Shown: one piece after another, positions 22,168-39,700 of the stretch | Numbering within the stretch: position 1 is the stretch's first letter | Layout of the letters: every line of letters begins with the position of its first letter | Origin: Eledone cirrhosa | Lineage: Eukaryota | Direction of reading: 5' to 3' | DNA: 64,000 bases | NCBI GenBank assembly: GCA_964016885.1 | Contig: OZ024763.1 | Span: forward strand, 5,890,001-5,954,000 | Made by a program: the position numbers and the translations under genes | Notes under the pieces: model-generated | Databases searched by the model: none | What the model was told of the DNA's origin: nothing | The model's input: only the letters and a program-made list of their open reading frames with translations

Positions 22168-25100
22168 ATATGAATGACGCATGGCAAATTTAATTTACGA
22201 TACATTAGTGCAGTACTGCCAATCCCGTTGTTGTGGCATCGAATAAACACTAAACTGTTAAGAAGAAAGTTTGAAAATGTCTTAATAAATTAAAAAGCAC
22301 ATTCGTGTGTGTGTCTGTGTGTTATGTGTAACTATACTAGATATAAACACTAATTTCCCTCTTTAAACTATCTCACATACACACGTTTTCACGCATTCCT
22401 ATGAAGAGGTATTGTAGTTATGAAGTAACTACATACTGTATGATCAAATATATTCGAAGTACTGTCAATCACGTTGTGGTTTCCATTAAACTTAACAAAA
22501 AAGTCTGAAAATGTCTTAATATAATCAAAGGCATACTTGTGTGCGTAATGCATAACTATACTAGATATAAACACGGATCTCCCTTTCTCACACAAACACA
22601 CCCTTTGTATAGGAATGGCGCAATGACAGGAGTTGTATTTATGAAGCATCTGTAACTACATATTGTATGTTCAAATATTCGAAGTTGAAATCAACGTTAG
22701 TTCAATGAGATATGAACTTGTGTAGGTAACATGGAACCCATATGTAACCGGTCGACTTGCTCACAAGGACGACCAAATAAAACACATAAATGTGTGTGTC
22801 TCTGTGTGTTATATATAACTATACTAGATATAGACGTCAACAGGAAGACTGTAGATGGCCAATTGTAAGTTCGAATCAACTATAAACCGATGAGGAGTTT
22901 TGAAAAACTTTAAATAAAACACATAAATGTGTGTGTCTGTGTGTTATATATAACTATACTAGATATAGACGTCAACAGGAAGACTGTACATGGCCAATTG
23001 AAAGTTCGAATCAACTATAAACCGATGAGGAGTTTTGAAAAACTTTAAATAAAACACATAAATGTGTGTGTGTCTGTGTGTTATGTATATAAGATATGGG
23101 AAGCCCCCTACGTTGTCGGTCGACTTGTTCGAAATAGTAGCCAAAGACTGCTATTTCTAGCAGGTTTACTGCTGTCCTGTGGACGCACAAGAAAAACCGG
23201 AAGTGGCAGCCATTAAAAAACTTTGGCTTAAAATCAGGCAAAAGTTTTTAAACAATAGAAAATTTAATGTAAACAAACCAGGGTGTTTTTGCCAAGAAAG
23301 ATAACTCTTGTCTTACTTAATCGCAAAAATCGAGACAAAAATTTTGTGTGTGTGTCTGTGTGTTATGTATACAAGATATAGACGCCATTTTGAAGCCCGT
23401 ACGTGGTCGGTCGACTTACTCGAAATAGTAGTCAAAGAGAGGAGATTTTTTTTCACCCGATACAAAAAGTAGGTTTATAAATATTAATTTTCACTATATT
23501 TTTAAGGCGGTCTCGTTGGCCGAGTGGTACGGTGCGTTGAGTCTGCTGAGATACTGGTTGGGGGTTCGATCCCGGCCAACGTCTACACATAGGGGGTCTT
23601 ATTAAACTTTTTCAGTTTTTATTTTATCTCTTAGTATAAAAAGTGAAAAAGTTTAATAAGACCCCTTATGTGTAGACGTTGGCCGGAATCGAAACCCCGA
23701 CCAGTATCTCAGCAGACTCAACGCACCGTACCACTCGGCCAACGAGACCGCCTTAAAAATATAGTGAAAATTAATATTTATAAACCTACTTTTTGTATTG
23801 GGTGAAAAAAAATCTCCTCTCTTTGACTACTATTTCGAGTAAGTCGACCGACCACGTAGGGGCTTCAAAATGGCGTTTATATCTTGTATACATAACACAC
23901 AGACACACACACATTTATGTGTTTTATTTAAAGTTTTTCAAAACTCCTCATCGGTTTATAGTTGATTCGAACCTACAATTCGCCATCTACAGTCTTCCTG
24001 TTGACGTCTATATCTAGTATAGTTATATATAACACACAGACACACACACATTTATGTGATTTGTTTTAAGTTTTTCAAAATTCCTCATTGGTTTATAGTT
24101 GATTCGAACCTACAATTGGCCATCTACAGTCTTCCTGTTGACGTCTATATCTAGTATAGTTATATATAACACACAGACACACACACATTTATGTGTTTTA
24201 TTTTAAGTTTTTCAAAACTCCTCATTGGTTTATAGTTGATTCGAACCTACAATTGGCCATCTACAGTCTTCCTGTTGACGTCTATATCTAGTATAGTTAT
24301 ATATAACACACAGACACACACACATTTATGTGTTTTATTTAAAGTTTTTCAAAACTCCTCATTGGTTTATAGTTGATTCGAACTTACAATTGGCCATCTA
24401 CAGTCTTCCTGTTGACGTCTATATCTAGTATAGTTATATATAACACACAGACACACACATTTATGTGTTTTATTTAAAGTTTTTCAAAACTCCTCATCCG
24501 TTTATAGTTGATTCGAACTTACAATTGGCCATCTACAGTCTTCCTGTTGACGTCTATATCTAGTATAGTTATATATAACACACAGAGACACACACATTTA
24601 TGTGTTTTATTTGGTCGTCCTTGTGAGCAAGTCGACCGGTTACATATGGGTTCCATGTTACCTACACAAGTTCATATCTCATTGAACTAACGTTGATTTC
24701 AACTTCGAATATTTGAACATACAATATGTAGTTACAGATGCTTCATAAATACAACTCCTGTCATTGTGCCATTCCTATACAAAGGGTGTGTTTGTGTGAG
24801 AAAGGGAGATCCGTGTTTATATCTAGTATAGTTATGCATTACGCACACAAGTATGCCTTTGATTATATTAAGACATTTTCAGACTTTTTTGTTAAGTTTA
24901 ATGGAAACCACAACGTGATTGACAGTACTTCGAATATATTTGATCATACAGTATGTAGTTACAGATGCTTCATAACTACAATACCTATACATAGGAATGC
25001 GTGAAAACGTGTGTATGTGAGATAGTTTAAAGAAAGAAATTAGTGTTTATATCTAGTATAGTTACACATAACACACAGACACACGAATGTGCTTTTTAAT

Positions 25101-25213
25101 ATATTAAAACATTTTCAAACTTTCTTCTTAACGGTTTAGTGTTTATTCGAAGCCACAACAACAGGATTGGCAGTACTGCACATTTGTATTAAATTTGCCA
25201 TCCCTCATTCATA
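22168..25213. mobile_element. ~3-kb foldback element: long inverted arms with ~137-bp internal tandem repeats and a central palindrome
   Basis: ORFs 22389-22649(-)/24738-25004(+) and 22697-22879(-)/24508-24690(+) are mirror images. The 135-137-bp unit occurs 2x in the left arm and 5x in the right. The central palindrome spans 23347-23912. Confidence 0.85.
23505..23612 (+). ncRNA. tRNA-like Pol III unit/SINE head (A-box, B-box, T5 terminator); mirror copy 23644-23752 (-)
   Basis: A-box TGGCCGAGTGG, B-box GGTTCGATCCC, self-complementary cgttggccg/cggccaacg, TTTTT at 23608-23612. No canonical anticodon arm recognised. Confidence 0.5.
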
Positions 25214-25699
25214 TTATATATGATAGTTTGTGTGTGAGACACGTTGGCTGAGAACCTCTGACAGGAACTAATAGATTGATTCTTTTTAGCTTCCCGTCCT
25301 CACGTAAAATTTATAAATCGGTGGCTAGTTGAGAGATAGAGTCCTATCGGTTGCCAGTTAATCGCTTTACCATGTCGGTTGTCACAAACAGTTATGACTG
25401 GCGCGGGTCGGTGTTTGGATTATGTCGATCGATTGGTTATTGATTAGGCGATACCCGCTGATGAAGCAGCATAAGCCGATTGTGCATTGTTGCATAATAT
25501 ATGCAGACAGATGGTGCAGTGCACCTTAGTGCTGCAGAAACTCGAGTCCGGGAACCTTGTAGGCACCCGATTAACGTGTGTTGAGTTGAGGCAAATAACT
25601 AAGTGTATACTCTGGTAATGTATCTTACATTGACATTGAGTGCCCTGAGATACAACTGGTACTGGCATTGATAAATATGCTGGGTCCGTCAACCCTTAT

Positions 25700-27153
<1,454 letters not shown>

Positions 27154-27154
27154 A

Positions 27155-28717
27155 ACTTTGAAATGTTTTGACCAGTATTGGCCCAGGCCATGTCTAACTT
27201 AATAGCACCACCTGGCGAAGTCTTTCAATTCAGGATTTGGGCCCCATGGCCCATTCGAGAAGAGAATTACTGTTTGCGGAGACATATCCGGGTGTGGGTG
27301 GTTTGTCCGGGATTACTTGGAGGAATTTGTCCAAAGACTTCTTGAATTTTGTGTGGTCAGTTTCTGTTTTGACGTGTCCTGGTGTGATGTTGAAGAGAGC
27401 AGGGCCAATTGAGGTGAAATAATTGTGCCGTATTGTTGTTATGAGTTGCGATTTAGATTTTTGTATGGGACGGATAGCACAGGGCCCAAGCCTTGGGTGT
27501 ATCGTGAAGGCGATGCCAACATCATTTGGGCAGTGATGATGGAACATTTTCCACATCATGCAGATAATATAACGCTCTCGGCGACGTTGGAGTGAGTAAA
27601 ATTTCAGCTTTTCTAGTCGACCCCAGTAGTCAAGGTCTGACATGCCATCTATCTTTTTCGTGATTGCCCTTTGAGGAGCTTCAAGTTTCATGATACTTTG
27701 TTTCGTGTGGGGAGACCACAGTGGACAACAGTATTCAAGGTGTGGTCGGGCAAAAGTAGAGAAGAGAAGGATAATGGTGTGGGAATCTCTCGACTGGAAG
27801 GTTTTGAGGATCCAGGAACACATTCTGTGGACCATGTCAACTTTGCTGCTTATATGCGTGGCCCAGCTTATGTTGCTGTCCATGGTTACTCCCAAGTCTC
27901 TGATGTTGTTAGATGCCACGAGAGTTTCCCCGGAGGGAAGGGAGTACGGGAGTTTCAGAGCATCCTCTTTTCCAAAGTGGATCAGTTCGAATTTGTCTTC
28001 GTTCAGTAACATGTTGTTCTTTTCCACCCATTGGGTAATAGCCAGTAGGTCTGACTGAAGGCTTATCCGGTCATCCACGCCATTGATGACCTTTTGGAGC
28101 TTGGAATCATCAGCGAAAATTTTAATGTTGCTGTGTTTGATGATGTCAGTGATGTCATTAATATAGATGATGAAGAGAAGTGGGCCCAACACAGTGCCTT
28201 GTGGGACCCCACTACTGACTTTGGCTGGGTTGGATTTGACTCCTTCAACTACAACATGTTGGGTTCTGTTTGACAGGAAGCTCTTGATCCACTGCAGCAG
28301 CTTTCCAGTGACACCAATATTGGACAGCTTTCTCAGTAGAATGTTATGATCAACCCTGTCAAAGGCCTTGCTGAAATCAAGGTAGATAACATCAGTGTTG
28401 GAACCCTCTCCCAAGGCTCTCAAAATGTCATCAAAGTGATGCAGTAGCTGCGTCAGGCAATCCCTTCCGTTACGGAATCCATGCTGGTTGGAGTTCAGCA
28501 TATTGTTACTCTCAAGGAAGTGGGTCATTCGCGATCTCACCACTCTCTCAAATACCTTAATGATATGAGAGGTGAGTGAGATTGGACGGTAATTCACGGC
28601 AAGGGATTTGTTTCCTTTTTTGAAAACTGGGACAACAGACTGGGATAGAAGGTTTTCTGGCACATATCCAGCATCCAGTGAGTTCCGCCACAGATTGGCA
28701 AGAGGAGATGCAAGTTG
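27155..28717 (-). mobile_element. 5'-truncated CR1/L2-superclade LINE with an intact RT reading frame and 3' UTR
   Basis: NYRPISLTS...QHGFR...YLDFSKAFD...[10 protein letters not shown]...IFADD...[11 protein letters not shown], stop at 27230. The ORF's N-terminal YI run is microsatellite read-through. Confidence 0.93.
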
Positions 28718-29539
<822 letters not shown>

Positions 29540-29827
29540 ATCATCTTGGTTAAGAGAGTGGGACTGGCTTTGTGCAGTGCCTTTGCTCACTATAAAAGCT
29601 TCACGGCACAGGCATTGCTTTATATCTGGAGATCTCTGCACTTGTCGTCACATGGTACCATGGGCCCAGCACTATGTGTCAATAATTGTCACAAGTGTAG
29701 TGTTTGTACCAGAGTTTTCAAGTCGCTGGCTGGACTAAAAAGTCACACTCGTTCAGCGCATCGGTAGGGGTTCTCCTACATGGATATAAAGTAGTGGCCG
29801 TACTCGAAAACGAGTTGGCAGCCACCA
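29540..29827 (+). mobile_element. 3' segment of the 14740-15352 element family
   Basis: Near-identical to 15060-15350. Encodes the remnant [22 protein letters not shown]. Confidence 0.8.
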
Positions 29828-31278
<1,451 letters not shown>

Positions 31279-31280
<2 letters not shown>

Positions 31281-31640
31281 TGGCTGCCAACTCGTTTTCG
31301 AGTACGGCCACTACTTTATATCCATGTAGGAGAACCCCTACTGATGCGCTGAACGAGTGTGACTTTTTAGTCCAGCCAGCGACTTGAAAGCTCTGGTACA
31401 AACACTACACTTGTGACAATTATTGACACATAGTGCTGGGCCCATGGTACCATGTGACGACAAATGCAGAGAGATCTCCAGATATAAAGCAATGCCTGTG
31501 CCGTGAAGCTTTTATAGTGAGCAAAGGCACTGCACAAAGCCAGTCCCACTCTCTTAACCAAGATGATATTTACCAAAAAGAAGAACAAGTCAACATCATT
31601 GGATACCATCAGGGTTGCAGGTGTTATATCAGAGTTTTCC
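31279..31640 (-). mobile_element. Inverted copy of the same element (tail-to-tail with 29540-29827)
   Basis: Reverse complement of 14985-15350. Confidence 0.85.
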
Positions 31641-31672
31641 TATATATATATATATATATACATACATATATG

Positions 31673-31781
<109 letters not shown>

Positions 31782-31853
31782 GTATATATATATATATGTA
31801 AGTATATATGTATATGTATGTATATATATGTATATGTATGTATATGTATGTAT

Positions 31854-31884
<31 letters not shown>

Positions 31885-31930
31885 TGTATATATATGTATA
31901 TATATATATATGTATGTATATATATATATG

Positions 31931-31989
<59 letters not shown>

Positions 31990-32875
31990 CAAGAAGGGAA
32001 GCTGAGGAAAGAAAGTTCAAGCATGTTCTACAACGCGATGACCAAAAACGTGAGGTGTTCAGGATTGCTAGGCAATGCGTCAAGGAAAACCGTGATATTG
32101 TCGGGGAGAAGTGTGTACTTAACGATGATGGCATACTTGCCATCACCGACGCTGATAAGAAGGTAGCTTGGAAGTGTCACTATGAAAGGCTACTAAATGA
32201 GAATAAATGGGAGAAAGACAGTCTCCCCCATATCGACCCAATAGAGGGACCAGCAGTGTTAGTCGAGGGGAGTATAATAAGTAAGGCAATCAAGGATATG
32301 AAGACGGGTCGGGCGGCTGGGCCTTCGGAAATAGTTGCTGAGATGCTGAAGGCATCTGGCACGGTGGGACACACCATGGTCACCCGCATAGTTAACCAAG
32401 TCGTACAGAATGGGGTTGTTCCGAAGGACTGGCATAGCAGCATCATCGTTAACTGTTATAAGGGTAAAGGAGACGCCCTAGATAGGAGTAACTATAGAGG
32501 CATTAAATTAATCGACCAGGTCATGAAGGTCACGGAAAAAGTAATAGCGCAACTAATCAGAGAGAGAATTGACCTAGATGAAATGCAGTTCGGGTTTGTG
32601 TCAGGCAAAAGCACCACAGACGCTCTTTTCATAGTACGACAACTACAGGAGAAGTACCTAGCTAAAGGTAAACCCCTCTACTTAGCTTTTGTCGACCTGG
32701 AGAAAGCCTTCGACAGAGTCCCCCGCTCCATTATCTGGTGGGCTCTTAGAAAACTAGGCGTTGACGAATGGCTTGTGAGGGCTATACAAGCCATGTATAA
32801 AGAAACAGTCAGCAAGGTTAGAATTAACAACGAATATAGTGAAGAGTTTAGCGTAAAAGTTGGCGTCCATCAGGA
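31990..32875 (+). mobile_element. RTE-clade LINE RT fragment (open frame, truncated both ends)
   Basis: [17 protein letters not shown]...[16 protein letters not shown]...[12 protein letters not shown]...VGVHQ. Same family as 11729-13520. Confidence 0.92.
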
Positions 32876-33735
32876 TACACTTGAGAGACAAGGGTAACGG
32901 CTGGTTCTCCAACATAATGGCAAATAAGGTGAGATGCTCTACAAAAGGAGCACGGTAATACAGTATTTACGTATCGAGAGAGAGAAAAAAGGGAAGGATA
33001 GGTAATACATATAGTTATTTGCCAAGTAGCGTATGCCAAAGGTGCTCGATACTAGTGCCGGCAGTATTAATATTCGAAGTGTTAATATTTAGTGGGCTAG
33101 AGAGTTAGCAGAGCGTAAGCACGTGGGAAAGTAAGAAATCGGAGAATTAACCGTTAAAACATGTTTATTTAAAACAGCACCTACGTACGTTTCGCCCAGG
33201 TGGGCTTCTCAAGGGCATAAATAACCAAAAGTGTTCCTTACATTGCTCGGAAATAGTTTGGGGGGGTTACATTCACGTCAAGGTTCATTGCTTGCAAAAA
33301 TAGATTGTTTTGATTCTGGAGCTAGTCAAGGAAGGTAACTCTGGCCGGTGTTAGGGCAGTCTTTCCCGGACAAATTTTTATCCGCTACAAGATGAGGTTA
33401 CAACTTTACCATTGTCGATACGCACAGGGTCATGTAACCAACGCTTATTTTTAGACGTTTGTTTGCCACATATACATTATATATATATATATAAAGAAGA
33501 AAAGATGAAATCGAAAATGCAACTGGAGTCTTTTAAAAAATATATATATATATTTATTTGGTTCCTTTCTATATAACTATGTATATATATAGATATATAA
33601 TTTATATGTGTGTGTGTGTGTGTATTATGTAGGTCTCAATATGTAAACTAAACGACTAACACCGACTACAGAAAAATCAGTGTTAGTCGATTAGAAAAAT
33701 CATCAACTACTGCGACCTTAAAGTATCCCTACAAA

Positions 33736-36700
33736 ATCTCAATTAATAATCTGTACAATTGTGAAAATAATCAAGAAAGCAAGTTAGTAAAGTGAAAGGT
33801 ATGATTTTACATAGTAAGTTGAATGAGTTGTGGCCCTTAGATGAAAGACAACAAAACGAAGAGTCTAGTGAATGCTAGAAATGGCAGCCACTGAATATTA
33901 TAAATAATGATAGTTTTGGTAGTTAAACAACCCTCAAATATATGCCATAGTCAACAGTTTACCCTACAACAGCTTACAAAACTGATGAAAACCTTCTTCA
34001 GCGGTTAATAATACTAGAAATGGCGACTAAATATCCCTCAAATCACAGAGTAGTGACACTGGAAGTATTTAGAACAAATTCAATGATATATATAATATAC
34101 GAGGGTAGGCTGACCAACATTCACTCATGGAATGACCAAATGAGGTTTATTTTTCGACATGCACGATTTCACAGCACTAGCATCACTCCTTCATAGGGTG
34201 ACCAAGATACTCTCATGGAATGACCAAATGAGGTTTATTTTTCAACATGCAAGATTTCACACCCTAGCATCACTCCTTCATAGTGAGCCTATGAACTTTT
34301 AAGCCTATCTTCGATTATGTAAACAATGTATTTATTTAATAAACAAATAATTACTAAGAAATTCGAAATAATTTTTGCACCCATTTTTGCGATTAAGTAA
34401 AGACGGAGTTATCGTTCTTGAGATTTCGGCTCAGAGAAATTTATGGAACTGATGTCGCTAAATCGCCAAATCATTTACCTGCCCCGTTGCATCATGGGAA
34501 GGTAATGGCTGCCTTTTACTTTTCAAAAACCATGGCAGTCTTTTTAATATCTTTCTCGCCAAAATGTTTTAATTATTTACTTATATGAAACAAGGAACAA
34601 GATACTGCGAAAGAAACTAAAGATTCTGCCATCTTTTAAAAAATAAAAGGCAGCCATTACCCTCCCATGAGGCAACGGGGCAGGTAAATGATTTGGCGAT
34701 TTAGCGACATCAGTTCCTTAAATTTCTCCGAGCCGAAATCTCAAGAACGATAACTCTGTCTTTACTTAATCGCAAAAATGGGTGCAAAAATTATTTCGAA
34801 TTTCTTTAACTTTTGACACAATTGTTGCATGAATTAAAAACTGAATTTAAAATATTTTTTGTACATTTTTTAACTGTAGCCATAGTAATTATTTGTATAT
34901 TAAATAAATACATTGTTTACATAATCGAAGGTAGGCTTAAAAGTTCATAGGCTCACTATGAAGGAGTGATGCTAGGGTGTGAAATCTTGTATGTTGAAAA
35001 ATAAACCTCATTTGGTCATTCCATGAGAGTATCTTGGTCACACTATGAAGGAGTGATGCTAGAGCTGTGAAATCTTGCATGTTGAAAAATAAACCTCATT
35101 TGGTCATTCCATGAGCGTATCTTGGTCAGCCTCTGAAGGAGTGATGCTAGAGCTGTGAAATCTTGCATGTTGAAAAATAAACCTCATTTGGTCATTCCAT
35201 GAGCGTATCTTGGTCAGCCTCTGAAGGAGTGATGCTAGAGCTGTGAAATCTTGCATGTTGAAAAATAAACCTCATTTGGTCATTCCATGAGAGTATCTTG
35301 GTCAGCCTATGAAGGAGTGATGCTAGAGCTGTGGAATCTTGCATGTTGAAAAATAAACCTCATTTGGTCATTCCATGAGAGTATCTTGGTCACCCTATGA
35401 AGGAGTGATGCTAGAGCTGTGAAATCTTGCATGTTGAAAAATAAACCTCATTTGGTCATTCCATGAGAGTATCTTGGTCACCCTATGAAGGAGTGATGCT
35501 AGAGCTGTGGAATCTTGCATGTTGAAAAATAAACCTCATTTGGTCATTCCATGAGAGTATCCTGGTCCGCCTATTTTTCAACATGCAAGATTTCACAGCC
35601 CTAGCATCACTCCCTCATCCGCTGACCAAGATACTCTCATGGAATGACCAAATGAGGTTTATTTTTCAACATGCAAGATTTCACAGCTCTAGCATCTCTC
35701 CTTCATAGGCTGACCAAGATACTCTCATGGAATGACTAACATGAGGTTTATTTTTCAACATGCAAGATTTCACAGCTCTAGCATCACTCCTTGATAGGCT
35801 GACCAAGATACTCTCATGAAATGACCAAATGAGGTTTATTTTTCAACATGCAAGATTTCACAGCTCTAGCATCACTCCTTCATATGCTGACCAAGATACG
35901 CTCATGGAATGACCAAATGAGGTTTATTTTTCAACATGCAAGATTTCACAGCTCTAGCATCTCTCCTTCATAGGCTGACCAAGATACTCTCATGGAATGA
36001 CCAAATGAGGTTTATTTTTCAACATGCAAGATTGCACAGCCCTAGCATCACTCCTTCATAGGCTAACCAAGATACTCTCATGGAATGACCAAATGAGGTT
36101 TATTTTTCAACATGCAAGATTGCGCAGCTCTAGCATCACTCCTTCATAAGCTGACCAAGATACTCTCATGGAATGACCAAATGAGGTTTATTTTTCAACA
36201 TGCAAGATTGCACAGCCCTAGCATCACTCCTTCATAGGCTGGCCAAGATACTCTCATGGAATGACCAAATGAGGTTTATTTTTCAACATGCAAGATTGCA
36301 CAGCCCTAGCATCACTCCTTCATAGGCTGGCCAAGATACTCTCATGGAATGACCAAATGAGGTTTATTTTTCAACATGCAAGATTGCACAGCCCTAGCAT
36401 CACTCCTTCATAAGCTGACCAAGATACTCTCATGGAATGACCAAATGAGGTTTATTTTTCAACATGCAAGATTGCACAGTCCTAGCATCACTCCTTCATA
36501 AGCTGACCAAGATACTCTCATGGAATTACCAAATGTGGTTTATTTTTCCACATGCAAGATTGCACAGCCCTAGCATCACTCCTTCATAGTAAGCCTATGA
36601 ACTTTTAAGCCTACCTTCGTATATGTAAACAATGTATTTAATATACAAATAATTACTAAGAAATTCGAAATAATTTTTGCACCCATTTTTGCGATTAAGT

Positions 36701-39700
36701 AAAGACGGAGTTATCGTTCTTGAGATTTCGGCTCGGAGAAATTTAAGGAACTGATGTCGCTAAATCGCCAAATCATTTACCTGCCCCGTTGCATCATGGG
36801 AAGGTAATGGCTGCCTTTTATTTTTCAAAAACCATGGCAGTCTTTTTAATATCTTTCTCGCCAAAATATTTTTAATTATTTACTTATATGAAACAAGGAA
36901 CAAGATACTGCGAAAGAAACTAAAGAATCTGCCATCTTTTAAAAAATAAAAGGCAGCCATTACCTTCCCATGAGGCAACGGGGCAGGTAAATGATTTGGC
37001 GATTTAGCGACATCAGTTCCTTAAATTTCTCCGAGCCGAAATCTCAAGAACGATAACTCTGTCTTTACTTAATCGCAAAAATGGGTGCAAAAATTATTTC
37101 GAATTTCTTTAACTATTGACACAATTGTTGCATGAATTAAAAACTGAATTTAAAGTATTTTTTGTACATTTTTTAACTGTAGCAATAGTAATTATTTGTA
37201 TATTAAATAAATACATTGTTTACATAATCGAAGGTAGGCTTAAAAGTTCATAGGCTCACTATGAAGGAGTGATGCTAGGGTGTGAAATCTTGTATTTTGA
37301 AAAATAAACCTCATTTGGTCTTTCCATGAGAGTATCTTGGTCACACTATGAAGGAGTGATGCTAGAGCTGTGAAATCTTGCATGTTGAAAAATAAACCTC
37401 ATTTGGTCATTCCATGAGAGTATCTTGGTCACCCTCTGAAGGAGTGATGCTAGAGCTGTGAAATCTTGCATGTTGAAAAATAAACCTCATTTGGTCATTC
37501 CATGAGAGTATCTTGGTCAGCCTATGAAGGAGTGATGCTAGAGCTGTGGAATCTTGCATGTTGAAAAATAAACCTCATTTGGTCATTCCATGAGAGTATC
37601 TTGGTCACCCTATGAAGGAGTGATGCTAGAGCTGTGAAATCTTGCATGTTGAAAAATAAACCTCATTTGGTCATTCCATGAGAGTATCCTGGTCCGCCTA
37701 TTTTTCAACATGCAAGATTTCACAGCTCTAGCATCACTCCTTCATAGGGTGACCAAGATACTCTCATGGAATGACCAAATGAGGTTTATTTTTCAACATG
37801 CAAGATTTCACAGCTCTGGCATCACTCCTTCATAGGCTGACCAAGATACTCTCATGGAATGACCAAATAAGGTTTATTTTTCAACATGCACGATTTCATA
37901 GCTCTAGCATCTCTCCTTCATGGGCTGACCAAGATACTCTCATGGAATGACTAACATGAGGTTTATTTTTCAACATGCAAGATTTCACAGCTCTAGCATC
38001 ACTCCTTGATAGGCTGACCAAGATACTCTCATGGAATGACCAAATGAGGTTTATTTTTCAACATGCAAGATTTCACAGCTCTAGCATCACTCCTTCATAT
38101 GCTGACCAAGATACTCTCATGGAATGACCAAATGAGGTTTATTTTTCAACATGCAAGATTGCACAGCCCTAGCATCACTCCTTCATAGGCTGACCAAGAT
38201 ACTCTCATGGAATGACCAAATGAGGTTTATTTTTCAACATGCAAGATTTCACAGCTCTAGCATCACTCCTTCATAGGCTGACCAAGATACGCTCATGGAA
38301 TGACCAAATGAGGTTTATTTTTCAACATGCAAGATTTCACAGCTCTAGCATCTCTCCTTCATAGGCTGACCAAGATACTCTCATGGAATGACCAAATGAG
38401 GTTTATTTTTCAACATGCAAGATTGCACAGCCCTAGCATCACTCCTTCATAGGCTAACCAAGATACTCTCATGGAATGACCAAATGAGGTTTATTTTTCA
38501 ACATGCAAGATTGCACAGCTCTAGCATCACTCCTTCATAAGCTGACCAAGATACTCTCATGGAATGACCAAATGAGGTTTATTTTTCAACATGCAAGATT
38601 GCACAGCCCTAGCATCACTCCTTCATAGGCTGGCCAAGATACTCTCATGGAATGACCAAATGAGGTTATTTTTTCAACATGCAAGATTTCACAGTTCTAG
38701 TATCACTCCTTCATAGGCTGGCCAAGATACACTCATGGAATGACCAAATGAGGTTTATTTCTCAACATGCAAGATTGCACAGACCTAGCATCACTCCTTC
38801 ATAAGCTGACCAAGATACTCTCATGGAATGACCAAATGAGGTTTATTTTTCAACATGCAAGATTGCACAGCCCTAGCATCACTCCTTCATAGGCTGGCCA
38901 AGATACTCTCATGGAATGACCAAATGAGGTTTATTTTTCAACATGCAAGATTTCACAGCCCTAGCATCACTCCCTCATAGGCTGACCAAGATACTCTCAT
39001 GGAATGACCAAATGAGGTTTATTTTTCAACATGCAAGATTTCACAGCTCTGGCATCACTCCTTCATAGGCTGACCAAGATACTCTCATGGAATGACCAAA
39101 TAAGGTTTATTTTTCAACATGCACGATTTCATAGCTCTAGCATCTCTCCTTCATGGGCTGACCAAGATACTCTCATGGAATGACTAACATGAGGTTTATT
39201 TTTCAACATGCAAGATTTCACAGCTCTAGCATCACTCCTTGATAGGCTGACCAAGATACTCTCATGGAATGACCAAATGAGGTTTATTTTTCAACATGCA
39301 AGATTTCACAGCTCTAGCATCACTCCTTCATAGGCTGACCAAGATACTCTCATGGAATGACCAAATGAGGTTTATTTTTCAACATGCAAGATTGCACAGC
39401 CCTAGCATCACTCCTTCATAGGCTGACCAAGATACTCTCATGGAATGACCAAATGATGTTTATTTTTCAACATGCAAGATTTCACAGCTCTAGCATCTCT
39501 CCTTCATAGGCTGACCAAGATACTCTCATGGAATGACCAAATGAGGTTTATTTTTCAACATGCAAGATTGCACAGCCCTAGCATCACTCCTTCATACGCT
39601 AACCAAGATACTCTCATGGAATGACCAAATGAGGTTTATTTTTCAACATGCAAGATTGCACAGCTCTAGCATCACTCCTTCATAAGCTGACCAAGATACT

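Noticed and set aside
23505-23585. Genuine tRNA gene
   Set aside because: Has A/B boxes but no convincing cloverleaf or anticodon arm; treated as a tRNA-derived Pol III unit.
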